From: Squalus acanthias
Lineage: Eukaryota
Assembly (NCBI GenBank): GCA_030390025.1
Contig: CM059432.1
Coordinates: 144,772,001-144,836,000 of the forward strand
Length of the DNA: 64,000 nucleotides
Direction: 5' to 3'
Each line of letters opens with the position of its first letter. Within the stretch, counting starts at the first letter, position 1. This document shows, piece after piece, positions 1 through 11,210 of the stretch. Both the position numbers and the translations under genes were made by a program. Below the pieces are notes generated by a model. It was not told where the DNA came from and did not search any database. It saw only the letters and a program-made list of their open reading frames with translations.

Positions 1-1229
1 TTCTCCAGCTTCCACCCTAACCACGTTAAAGAAGCCATCCCCTATGGACAAGCCCTGAGAATACACAGGATCTGCTCAGACGAGGAGGAACGCGATGGAC
101 ACCTACGGACACTGAAAGACGCCCTCGTAAGAACGGGATATGACGCTCGACTCGTCGATCGACAGTTCCGACGGGCCACAGCGAAAAACCGCATAGACCT
201 CCTCAGAAGACGAACACGGGACACAACCAACAGAGTACCCTACGTCGTCCAGTACTTCCCCGGAGCGGAGAAACTACGCCATGTTCTTCGCAGCCTTCAA
301 CATGTCATCGATGACGACGAACACCTTGCTAAGGCCATCCCCACGCCTCCACTACTCGCCTTCAAGCAGCCGCCTAACCTCAAAAGTACCATCGTTCGCA
401 GCAAATTACCCAGCTGTCAGGAGAACAGCGACCACGACACCACACAACCCTGCCACGGCAACCTCTGCAAGACATGCCAGATCATGAACACAGATACCGT
501 CATCACACGTGAGGACACTACCCACCAGGTACATGGTACATACTCATGTGACTCGGCCAACGTTGTCTACCTGATACGTTGCAGTAAAGGATGCCCCAGA
601 GCATGGTACATCGGCGCGACCATGCAGACACTGAGACAACGTATGAACGGACACCGCGCAACAATCGCCAGGCAGGATGGTTGCCTCCCAGTCGGGGAAC
701 ACTTCAGCAGTCAAGGGCATTCAGCCTCGGATCTGCGGGTTAGCGTTCTCCAAGGCGGCCTTCGGGATACACGACAACGCAAAATCATCGAGCAGAAACT
801 GATAGCCAAGTTCCACACTCAGGAGGACGGCCTCAATCGGGATATCGGGTTCATGTCACGCTACAGAACGTGACTTGACATCGTTGCCTGTCTTTCCAGT
901 TTTTAAAAAAAACAAACACAAAAAACAAACCCAAATGGAGAGGATATGCAGACAGCAGGTGTTTTGACACGTTGGACCCCCTGGGACACATCTCATTGTC
1001 TTGGCTGTGCTCTTAGTGTGTCTTTGATGTAGGGAAAGATTGTATCTCTGCATTTTCTCTGTGTTTATATTCTGTGAATTCTTGTAGATTCTCTCACAGT
1101 AACTTTACCTGAAGGGGCAGGATGGTTCCGAAAGCTTGTAATTTTAAATAAATCTGTTGGACTATAACCTGGTGTTGTGCGACTTCTCATTTTTGTCCAC
1201 CCCAATCCAACGCCGGCATCTCCGCATCC

Positions 1230-1230
<1 letters not shown>
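1..1230 (+). mobile_element. Penelope-like retroelement, 3' part (RT thumb, Cys-rich linker, GIY-YIG endonuclease, terminal region)
   Basis: Frame open from base 1 to TGA at 873: SFHPNHVKEAIPYGQALRIHRICS, PCHGNLCKTC, NVVYLIRC..WYIGATMQTLRQRMNGHR, GLNRD. A hammerhead-like motif follows at 1105-1141. Confidence 0.93.
1105..1141 (+). ncRNA. Degenerate minimal hammerhead ribozyme motif in the Penelope terminal region
   Basis: TTAC-CTGAAGG-ggcaggatggttcc-GAAA-GCTT-GTAA. Stem I TTAC/GTAA and palindromic AAGCTT, but the core reads CUGAAGG instead of CUGANGA. Confidence 0.5.

Positions 1231-1232
<2 letters not shown>

Positions 1233-1280
<48 letters not shown>
1233..1280 (+). repeat. (GA)n microsatellite
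   Basis: Perfect GA run directly after the Penelope end. Confidence 0.98.
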
Positions 1281-1285
<5 letters not shown>

Positions 1286-2099
1286 GAAACAAGGGGGATA
1301 TAAAGTACAAGCTCATCACAAGATACTTATGGATGAGGAGGCCGTGGACGGCTGGTGGCCTTTTTAACAGGTGAGGCACAGCTTTACATGCCTAACCAAG
1401 CCAGTGTGTTACCATGGCAACAGGCCCTACCTGTGGATTCACACCATCAGTCATACAAAGTGTATATGAACGCACTGTTCAGCAGTTGTTTTCTTTGAAA
1501 CCTTTACATGCAGGATTGGACTTTAAAAAGCAACTAAAACTTTGTAGAAAAAAAGTGACCTGGAGTATCACCAGACTGTCTTGCAAACTGTTGCTGCTTG
1601 GGATTGCCCAAAGCCAAGTGACCAATAAATCCATCCTGGGAACGTTCCCGTGGATCGTCCTCTCTCACACTGCCACAGCAAATTAGACGGCCAATCTGCA
1701 TTTCAACACCTGTAACTCTCCAGCGGAGAGTCTGTGTAGGATTGCAGGCGAAACAGTGCCTCGCTATGCTCACCAGATGAGCCACCTCTGTGAGGAAGGC
1801 CATTCGGCCCAGCTTAATTCATCCAAAACAGAAAGACCCGGCACTCCCCCCACAGCTGCATATAATTGCTTTTAAATAAATTATTCCAGAATTTTTATTT
1901 CAGCTACTCTATTCACTTTGTGAATAACTTCCTTATATCAGGCACAAATTTACCTTTTGCTATTTTAAACTGTGTCCCTTTGTCCTACTCTCACATTATT
2001 TGCAGTAATATTCCAGATTTACCTTCCCCATTTCTTTAAGTATCTTGTATACCTCTATATCATCTCTCAAGCACCCCCTTTTCAGGTTCAAAAGCCCAA

Positions 2100-3540
2100 G
2101 GGCTGAATTTCCCTCCAATTGTTGGGTTAGCGATGAGGCAGGGCTTCTGCCCACCCACATGACTTCACTACTAACCCACTCAAGTTGCCCCAAGAAGGCT
2201 CTCATTAAGTCTAAGAGGCACGATAGCGGTAAAACTGTCGATAATTGGTTTACTGCCACTGGGAGGAGATTAGAGGGTAGGGGGTGGGAGGAGATTAGGG
2301 GGTAGGGGGGATCTGAATACTGCTACAGTGTTTAAAACTCTGTAGCTAATTGAAGGGCCATAAATTCTTGTGTATGGATTAGCTGAAGAGAACAACAGTG
2401 ACTGAGGAAGGAGCCATATTGGAGAGGGAGCGTCTTGCTCTAGTTCTTTTAATTCATCCATTGATGCGTTACTAGCAGAAGTAAGAACATAAGAACACAA
2501 GAAATAGGAGCAGGAGTAGGCCATTCGACCCTTCGAGCCTGTTCCGCCATTCAATAAGATCATGGCTGATCTTCTACCTCAACTCCACTTTCCCGCCCGA
2601 TCCCCTGATTCCCTTAGTATCCAAAAATCTATCGATCTCTGTCTTGAATATACTCAACGATTGAGCATCCACAGCCCTCTGGGGTAGAGAATTCCAAAGA
2701 TTCACAACCCTTTGAGTGAAGAAATTTATCCTCATCTCAGTCCTAAATGGCTGACCCCTTATTCTGACACTGTGACCCCTAATTCTAGATTCCCCAGCCA
2801 GGGGAAACATCCTCCCAGCATCTATCCTGTCAAGCCCCTTTAAGAATTTTCTATGTTTCAATGAGATCACCTCTCATTCTTCTAAACTCCAGAGAATATA
2901 GGCCTAGTCTACTCAATCTCTCCTCATAAGACAATCCCCTCATCCCAGGAAACAGTCTGGTGAACCTTTGTTGCACTCCCTCTAAGGCAAGTATATCCTT
3001 CCTTAGGTAAGGAGACCAAAACTGTACACAATACTCCAGGCATGATCTCACCAAGGCCCTATATAATTGCAGTAAGAGTTCTTTACTCTTATACTCCAAT
3101 CCCTTTGTAATAAAGGCTAACAAACCATTTGTTTCCCTAATTGCTTGCTGTACCTGCATGTTATCTTTCTGTGATTTGTGTACAAGGACACCCATGTCCC
3201 TCTGAACACCAACATTTCCCAGTCTCTCACCTTTTAAAACATATTCTGCTTTTCTATTTTTCCTGCCAAAGTGGAAACTTCACAATTCAAGTAAGAGATA
3301 GACTCCTGGGGACTGAGATCAGGAAGCAACATGAAAGGGTGGAGTGAGATTGCTTCGGCAGTCAACAACAACAACAAGTATTTATATAGCGCCTTTAATG
3401 TAGTAAAACGTCCCAAGGTGCTGCACAGGAGTATTATAGACAAAATATTTGAATGCAACCTCCACCACCCCAGGAACTGCTACACAGATGAGATGCAAGA
3501 TGAAGTTAAATGACCTCAAGGTTGATCAAGGTAAGTGAAG
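2100..3540 (+). mobile_element. Decayed Harbinger-like element (left TIR plus Myb/SANT-like remnant) interrupted by CR1 and L2/SINE-tail insertions
   Basis: GGGCTGAATTTCC at 2100 resembles the termini of the other Harbinger-like copies. 3331-3535 encodes MKGWSEIASAVN//ATSTTP..RCKMKLNDLKV followed by AAG|GTAAGT. Right end not located. Confidence 0.5.
2483..3276 (-). mobile_element. CR1 (HER1-like) LINE, 5'-truncated
   Basis: LYRALVRSCLEYCVQFWSPYLRKD and NFFTQRVVNLWNSLPQ peptides. 3' tail GAATGGCCTACTCCTGCTCC plus TTCTTATG-type repeats. Confidence 0.95.
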
Positions 3541-5289
3541 GCATTATTTCTCATGCACATCCTATAGGGATGATCGAGACACGGCTCATCTCCATCCCAC
3601 TCATGCCCTCTCGGTGTCATTATCTGGGTGAAAGGAAAATGTCACCTATTCACGGGGAGCCTCTGTGAGAACTCACAGTGTCTGTCACAATGGGTTCTGC
3701 TAGTCGTGAAGGAGAGGAGCCTGCATCCTGTCGGATATCACTGGCATGCATGATAAAGCAGGCTCCTGTACAGTCACATTCCTTTAACTCCATGTTCTCT
3801 CATTGCAAAGGAAGTTTGTCCATAACCAGTGCCAACGAACTGCCACTAGAGGAGGAACATGAATCTTGAAAACTTTCAGGGTGGACAAGGAAGCTTTGCA
3901 GATCAAAGACAAACAAACAGGAGAGGCTGTAGGAGATGGGGATGTAGGAGGCGAGGTGCCACGATCAAGTTGGTAACGACAGGGCACGGAGAGCACAGTT
4001 TGTATCAGCTTCATGTGGATTGTCAAAGTACAGCGAAGGCCATGCTCTCTACTGCTATTTCCTCACAAAGTCCTGCAAGTGCTTACACAGTTAAATAAGC
4101 TTGTGTGTTTTTGAAATCAGAGAGAACTTAATGAGCTCAGATGGACAACTGTGCTCATCAAGATGCACATTTGCACCTTTCTCACCAACTTTCATGTCAT
4201 CTTACCTGGCCCCAGCACCAACCCAGTTTCTGAATCCAAGTCGTTAATTAAAATAGAAACACTAGTGGTCCCAACATGGCACCAGGCACCCCACTCGTTA
4301 CTTTGCCCCACACCAACATTACTCCTCTAACAAGTACCTGTTGCTTTTTACCCTGCATTTTTAATTTGCTTGTTAATCCAATTAAGGTATACGTTTGTTT
4401 CGTCTGACCTTGCTGATCTTGCCCATGTATTTATCCTGCATGCTCAGCATTATTCTTTTAAAGATGTTCCATTTGTCCTCCAATTCATTTGCTTCAGTTG
4501 TTTCCTTATTTCTTTTAAAGCTGTGTCCCTGACTCCTAATCTTTGGTATCTGAATCTGAGATCATAGTCACCCTGTGGTTGCAGTCCCCACCAAGTGGTG
4601 CCACAGCATCTATTTCCTGTACACTGTCTGGTTATTTACAAATACCAGGTCAAGATCAGCACTGCCTTTCATGACATTCTTTACACACTGAGTTATTAAG
4701 TGGTCATTTAGCAACTCTGACTCCATGGTTTTAGTTGTGATGCACACAATACAATGGACAAACAAAATGCACCTGCAATGGCAAATAAAATGCAAAAGTT
4801 AAGGCAAAAATCAAAATTTCATGACAGGAATATTATTGAAACACCTTTATAAGATACCAACCAATAGCTGAGCCTGAAAATGTAATTAACTTCTATAAAG
4901 CTAATTTTCTCATGACCCGAAAGATCAGAGTTCAGCACACCATGCATTCCAACTCAAAAACGGTGGAGGAGCAATAGTGGATTTTAAAAAAAAGCAGCTT
5001 TGGCAGAACAATGAGTAATTCAGTCGCTTCAGTTTAATAATGCTCAACAGTAAATAAACCTTGGCCCATTTAGAATGGTGTCAATTAAGTACTGTCACAC
5101 TGAATGCTTCTCTTCCTATCAGTAACACCTGAGGTTGTGTGATCTCGCCATACTATTTACTTAGAATGCTTTCTATCCAAGGCCCTTTGGTTCCTGGTGT
5201 CTTTATTGCAGCTTTATGCACTGTGGCAAGCCATAAAATACTGTACCAATTAATCAAAACTAAAAACCGGCTTGACAAGGATTCGAAGT

Positions 5290-5553
5290 AGAATCATAAA
5301 ATAGTACAGCACAGAAGGAGGCCATTCGGGCCATTATGTCTGCGCCGGCTCTTTCAAAGAGCAATCTAGTTAGTCCCACTCCCCCTCTCTTTCCCCATAA
5401 CCCTGCAATTTTTTCTCCATCAAGTATTCATCCAATTCCCTTTTGAAGACTACTATTGAATCTGTATCCACCACCCTATCAGGCAGTGCATTCCAAATCC
5501 TAACCACTCGTTGCATAAAAATGTTTTTTCTCATGTCACCTCTGGTTCTTTTG
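5290..5553 (-). mobile_element. CR1 LINE 3' fragment
   Basis: GAATGGCCTCCTTCTGTGCTG tail. Same subfamily as the copy starting at 61075. Confidence 0.85.
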
Positions 5554-5721
5554 TTTAAATAATTAGAAGGTGCAAATAAAATTTACCGATCATTTCACTT
5601 GTGTATCCAATATGACAGTAGGCATCACAGCAGACAAAAGGAGTGGGTGGGGATCATATAATCAGATTAGTTGCAAATATATGGCAGTGAATAGGTTTAT
5701 AAAATAGAGAGTGTTCCCAAT

Positions 5722-6160
5722 TGGTTCACTAATGCCCTTTAGGAAAGGAAACCTGCTGTCCTTACCCGGTCTGGACCTATACATGACTCCAGTCCCACAT
5801 CAACATGGTTGATTCTCAACTTCCCACTCAAGTGGCCGAGAAAGACACTCAGTTGTTTCAAACTACTACAAAGAATAATAAAACAGGACGCACCACTCCG
5901 CTGTGACCGAAGCATCGAATTAGGACACGACAAAGGCACAAGATCCCCTCCAAGTCACACACTCTCCCAACTTGGACATATATCGTCATACCTTCATGGT
6001 TGTGGAGTCAAAATCCTGGAACTCCCGAACCAACAGCACTGTGGGAGCACCTTCACCACACAGGCTGCAGCGGTTCAAGATGGCGACTCACTACCACCTT
6101 CTCAAGGGCAACTGGAGATGGGCAATAAATGCCAGCCTCGCCAGCAACGCCCATATCTCA
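5722..6160 (+). mobile_element. Internally deleted or SINE-like derivative of the second LINE family
   Basis: 5945-6155 matches the 3' ends at ~22590-22800 and ~52860-53075 (CAGCGGTTCAAG..CACCACCTTCTCAAGGGCAA..GGGCAATAAATGC). Confidence 0.75.
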
Positions 6161-6744
6161 ATTCCTTTCACAGTGCAATGGTTGACTCACATCTATGCCA
6201 TTCAATGGGGTAATCAAAGTCTTGTTTCTTTCAGTGTTTCAAAGACACAATTTCTTTGTTTCTTACAAGTACAACCAACCTCTTCACTTTGATGGCTTCA
6301 CTCTTAGTCCTTTATGGTCTACTGGCATCCTTGCCTCACTATCTCGTCTGATCTCATCGGAAACTCCCAAATTCCCTCCATGTTGAGGACATTTCCAAAC
6401 AGCTTTGTTGCCGATAACATGTCCCTATTTTTCCTCAATAACTCTTAATTTTCTAAAAAGCACAATTTTGCCCAAGACTTCAATATTGCTGTGACACATT
6501 CCAGTACCTGTTCTGCACTCTTATGACAAGATAAAACAAAAATTCTCACTTCAAGTCTCCAACCTCTCTAACTGATGCAACCTCCCTTCTTTCTATTTAA
6601 TATTATTTCCATGGTCACTGCTCCTCATTTGTTGTCTTATTCCTAAGTTCTAAATACACCATCCAAAATGTTATACTACATTAAAGGCACGATATATTTG
6701 CAAGTTGTTGTTGCACTAAAACGTCCCAAGGTGCTTCACAGAAA

Positions 6745-7211
6745 AAGACTTGCATTTATATAGCGCCTTTCACGACCATCGGACGTCTCCAAGCGCTTTA
6801 CAGCCAATTCATTACTTTTTTTGAAGTGGAGTCACTGTTGTAATGTGGAAAACGCGGAAGCCAATTTGCGCACAGCAAGGTCCCACAAACAGCAACGCGA
6901 TAATGACCAGATAATCTGTTTTTTTGTTATGTTGATTGAGGGATAAATATTGGCCAGGACACTGGGGGTAAATCCCCTGCTCTTCTTCGAAATAGTGCCA
7001 TGGGATCTTTTACATCCACCTGAGAGGGCAGACGGGGCCTCGGTTTAACGTCTCATCCAAAAGATGGCACACGCCGACAGTGCAGCATTCCCTCAGTACT
7101 GCACTGGAGTGTCAGCCTAGCTTTACGTGCTCAAGTCCCTGGAGTGGGACTTGAACCCACAACCTTCTGACTCAGAGGCGAGTGTGCTACCCACTGAGCC
7201 ACAGCTGACAC
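6745..7211 (-). mobile_element. tRNA-derived DeuSINE (SacSINE1-like), apparently full length
   Basis: Minus strand head TGGCTCAGTGGG (A box) and GGTTCAAGTCC (B box), a body shared with other copies in the window, and tail AAAGGCGCTATATAAATGCAAGTCTTT. Confidence 0.85.
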
Positions 7212-8984
7212 AGCATTATCAAACAAAATTTGACACCAAGCCACATGAGATATTAGGGCCAAAAGCATGGTCAAAGAGGTAGGTATTAAAGAGTGTCTTA
7301 AAGGAGGAGAGTCTGAAAAAATACCAAACACAATGGTAAGAATGGAGTGAAAAAATATCTGAAGTACAAAATCAACAGAATCAAACTCAGCCAAACTATT
7401 TAGAATCAAAAAAGGCTGCACAGCAACCCCAGACATTATAGTTCTTGTTGCCAGTTGGCACATCTTTTTCCAAAGAACTGTTAAATGGAACCACATTGCT
7501 AACCACCACAAGCATCAACCAATACATATATTACAGATTGCTAATAAGTTGTAAATGCTACACATTACACATAAAAAGGAAGTAGAAAGATTGAGAGAAA
7601 TAGATTCAGCATGCAAGTGCAAACACAAACTGCTAAAATGCATGTACCAAAAAATACACTAAAATAGCTGTCCAATACTGTGTACCAAATTTACACCACA
7701 GAGATAAATCCATACAAAGGTACCAGATATTTGTCTGAAAGAGGAAGAAACATAGCAAACAGACTAACAACTGGTCAGGTATTTAGTTACCAATCCTAAA
7801 CAAAATGAAGAACAGAAGGCCTTTTGTTTTCCCGTCTTTCCCTAACTGTCTCAGACAGTTACTGAAAGCAGATTTTAACAGACACTGAGCTATCGTAATC
7901 TGATAAATATAATGAGACTCAGGTATTCTGACCATCCATCTATGTGTGCACATAAAGATCTCAGAGAAATATCTTAAATGTGCACAAGGTAGACAGTTTC
8001 TTTTGCAGCACAATGCGCACAAATGTTTCTCATAAAATCCACACCAATCACTTTGATTACTAGATTTTGCATGTTTTCAATAGACAGTCCTGTAACCACT
8101 GGACGTTCTGAATATAAAAAAAGAAAAGCTCCTCGTCACAGATTTCAACATTTAATAAGCCACACAAAACAAGAACAGATAAATGTTTAAGTTACAGATA
8201 CTATCTCATCATTCTGGTTAAATAGTAGGCTGGCTACGGGTGACCTCATGATCCTCTAACAAGAAGGGGGGAAAAAAAATCCAGTTTTGATGGAATTCAG
8301 AACAAAGGAACAAGTAACATTTATTGGCAGTATGAAAGAGCGCTTCACTTGTGTTTTTTTCATTTGTGCTCGGCATGTGCTTTGGGCCTTCTCCTTGAAC
8401 CGATGGTGCCCCTACAATGGCATTAGGTAGGAAATTCTGGGATTATAACCCGGGGATAATGAAGGAGTAGTGATATACGTGTGCAAGTCAGGATGGAAAT
8501 AAGCAACAGATCCCTAGCACTTGATCACAGTAAGTTGGTGGGGAGGTGGAGGATAAATCTATAAAAATGAAGCAAGACAATACCAAAGATAAGCAATCCA
8601 TCTTCTACACACCAAAATAGTAGCAAAGGATGTGAGCAATTAGTTACTATCAGAGCCAATGTGCCATAAAATACATCACCCTGAGCAGGTTGATCTAACT
8701 TGTAATGTATGAAGAAGGTATGAGCAATGAGGGTTTGTTTTGCACATTACAGGATAGAGATCACTCATTACCATCATAGGATAAGGAACCGCGCTCATAT
8801 CATCCAAACAGGAACGCAGGCTACTGTGCTGAAACAAATCTTTTCTTCAAACATATAATTGTTGAAGTCTTCTAAGCTTTAGAGATATCAGATATTTTTG
8901 AAAAGTCTCTTTTATATTTAAAAAAGCAGTAGATATAATTTGTGGAAAAACAACTTCCCATTTATATACATATGTCTTCAACGT

Positions 8985-10405
8985 AGAAACATGTCACAAG
9001 GTGCTTCACAGAGGCGTAAACAAAAGAAATGCACCCCAAACCAAAGGAGGAGATATTAGGAGGAATAAAAAAAAAAGCTTGGTGAAAGAGGTAGGCTTGA
9101 TGGGGGTTTTAGAGTGGAGGAGGGGGGCGCAGAAGCAGAGGGATTGAGGGAGGCTGAAGGCAAAGGTAGCGTGAAGGGAGAGGGGTATGCACAAGAGGTC
9201 AGAGTTAGAGGAACTGAGAGTCCAGAGAGAGGAGGTTGTAATCCTGACTGAGGCTACATAGACAGGGAGGGGTGAGACCATGAAGGAACTTGAACACAAG
9301 GATGAGAGAATTTTAAAAATGCCAATGTAGGCCAGTGAGCACAGGGGTGATGGGTGAACAGGACTTGGTGCAGGATAGGATACCAGCAGCAGAGTTTTGG
9401 ATGAGCTAAAGTTTATGGAGGTGTAAGATGGGAGGCCAACCAGGAGAGCATTGGAACAGTTGAATCTGGAGGTGACATAATCATGGATGAGGGTTTCCAC
9501 AGCAAATGGGCAGAGGTAGGCACAGAGGCAGGTGATGTATTGGAGGTGGAGGTCTTTGTGATGGAGAGGGCATGGGGTGGGCAACTCAGCCAGTGGTCGA
9601 ATATGACGCTGAGGTTGCGAACAGTCTGGTTCACTCAGAGACAGGGTGGGGGATGGAATCGGTGGCAAGAGTATGGAGTTTGTGACAAGGTCTGAAGACA
9701 ATGGCTTCGGTCTTTCCAGAAATTGCAGCTCATCCAAGACCAGATGTTGGACAAGCAGTCTGACAACACAGTGGCAGTGAAAGGGTCGAGAGAGGTGGTC
9801 GAGAGGTAGAGCTGGGTGTTTGTCAATGTGGAGCTGACCCCATGTCCGCGGATGATGTCGCCAAGGTCTGTGATGTAGATGAAGAAAAGGAACGGGCCAA
9901 GAATAGTTGTTTGGGGGACTCCAGAGGTAATGGTGTGGGGGCAGGACGAGAAGCCATTGCTGGACATGCTCTGGCAACAATTGGAACCAAGCAAAAGCAG
10001 TCCCACTGAGCTGCACAGCAAAGGAGGTGTTGGAGGAGGATGGTGTGGTCAACTGTGTCAAAGGTTTTGGAGAGGTTAAGGAGGGATAATGCAGCACAGC
10101 CACAGAGGATGTCATTTGTGACTTTGGTTTCAGTGGTATGGCAGGGGCCAAAACCCGATTGGAGAGATTCAAACGTGGAGTTGCAGAAGAGGCAGGCACA
10201 GATGTGAAAGACGACAACATGTTCTAGGACTTGAGAGGAAAGGAAGGTTGGAAATGGGGCGGTAGTTTGCAAGGATAGAGGGGTCAAGGGTGGTTATTTT
10301 TGAGGAGAGTGGTGATGATAGTTGTTTTGAAAGGCATGGGGACAGGAGCTGAGTAGAGGGAACCATTTCCAATGTAAGCTAGCATGGGGGCCAGGAAGGG
10401 AAGTT
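8985..10405 (-). mobile_element. L2 LINE, decayed RT and 3' end
   Basis: Frameshifted DPSILANYRPISNLPFL, GVPQTTILGPFLFFIYITDLGDIIRGHG, VRNLSVIFD and SRFNCSNALL motifs. Confidence 0.9.
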
Positions 10406-10865
10406 CGGAAAACAAACAAATATACCGTTAAAATGGATCAAAATACATTTAGTTTCATATGCAACATAATGCTTTTGTTAAACATAGTATTATCAGGATT
10501 CCTCTCTAGCCAGCTCTGCACAGGCTGCTTTCAGTCGCATCATTCAGGTTCAGCACATACGATCAAAATGAACAGCCTCAGACTGAGAGACTTCTCAACA
10601 AGTGACACATCTGCCCACCAGTCCTACCCCTCCACAAGATAGAATATACCAGCAGGGCCTTTAACAGTCTATAAAAGAACATCAACTACCATCAACAAAA
10701 ATACCAGTCAGTAACACACCCAATAAACAACACTCCCATATATGATCTGTTTCAAGTTGAAGTCCACTTGTCTATAGCCTGGCTATAGACACTTTCTACC
10801 TTATTCTGTGCGAGGCATTATTTTGCTCATTACAAAACAAATCTGTGATACATTGCTATTTTCTT

Positions 10866-11210
10866 AGCACTGAGGGAGTGCTGCGTTGTCGGAGGTGCCG
10901 TCTTTTCGATGAGGTGTTAATCTGAGGCTCCGTCTGCCTGTTCAGGTGGACGTAGAAGATCCTATGGCACAATTCAAGAGGAGCAGGGGAGCTCTTCCAA
11001 TGTCCTAGCCAACAGTTATCCCTCAACCAACCTCGCCAACAGATGAACTGATCATTTATTTCATTGCTGTTTGTGGGACCTTGCTGTGCACAAATTGTTT
11101 GCTGTGCTGGCCTACATATCAACTGTGACTGTACTTCAAAAGCAATTCATTGGCTGCGAAGTGCTTTGGGACATGGATGTGGAAGGTGCTATATAAATGC
11201 AAGTTTGTTC
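10866..11210 (+). mobile_element. DeuSINE (SacSINE1-like), 5'-truncated
   Basis: Matches the reverse complement of the body and tail of 6745-7211. Confidence 0.85.

Noticed and set aside
7135..7211. tRNA gene
   Set aside because: A and B boxes belong to a SINE head continuing into a repeat body, with no complete cloverleaf evident.
9006..10220. 404-aa ORF as a host gene
   Set aside because: It drifts across frames of a decayed L2 element, and only patches match RT motifs.
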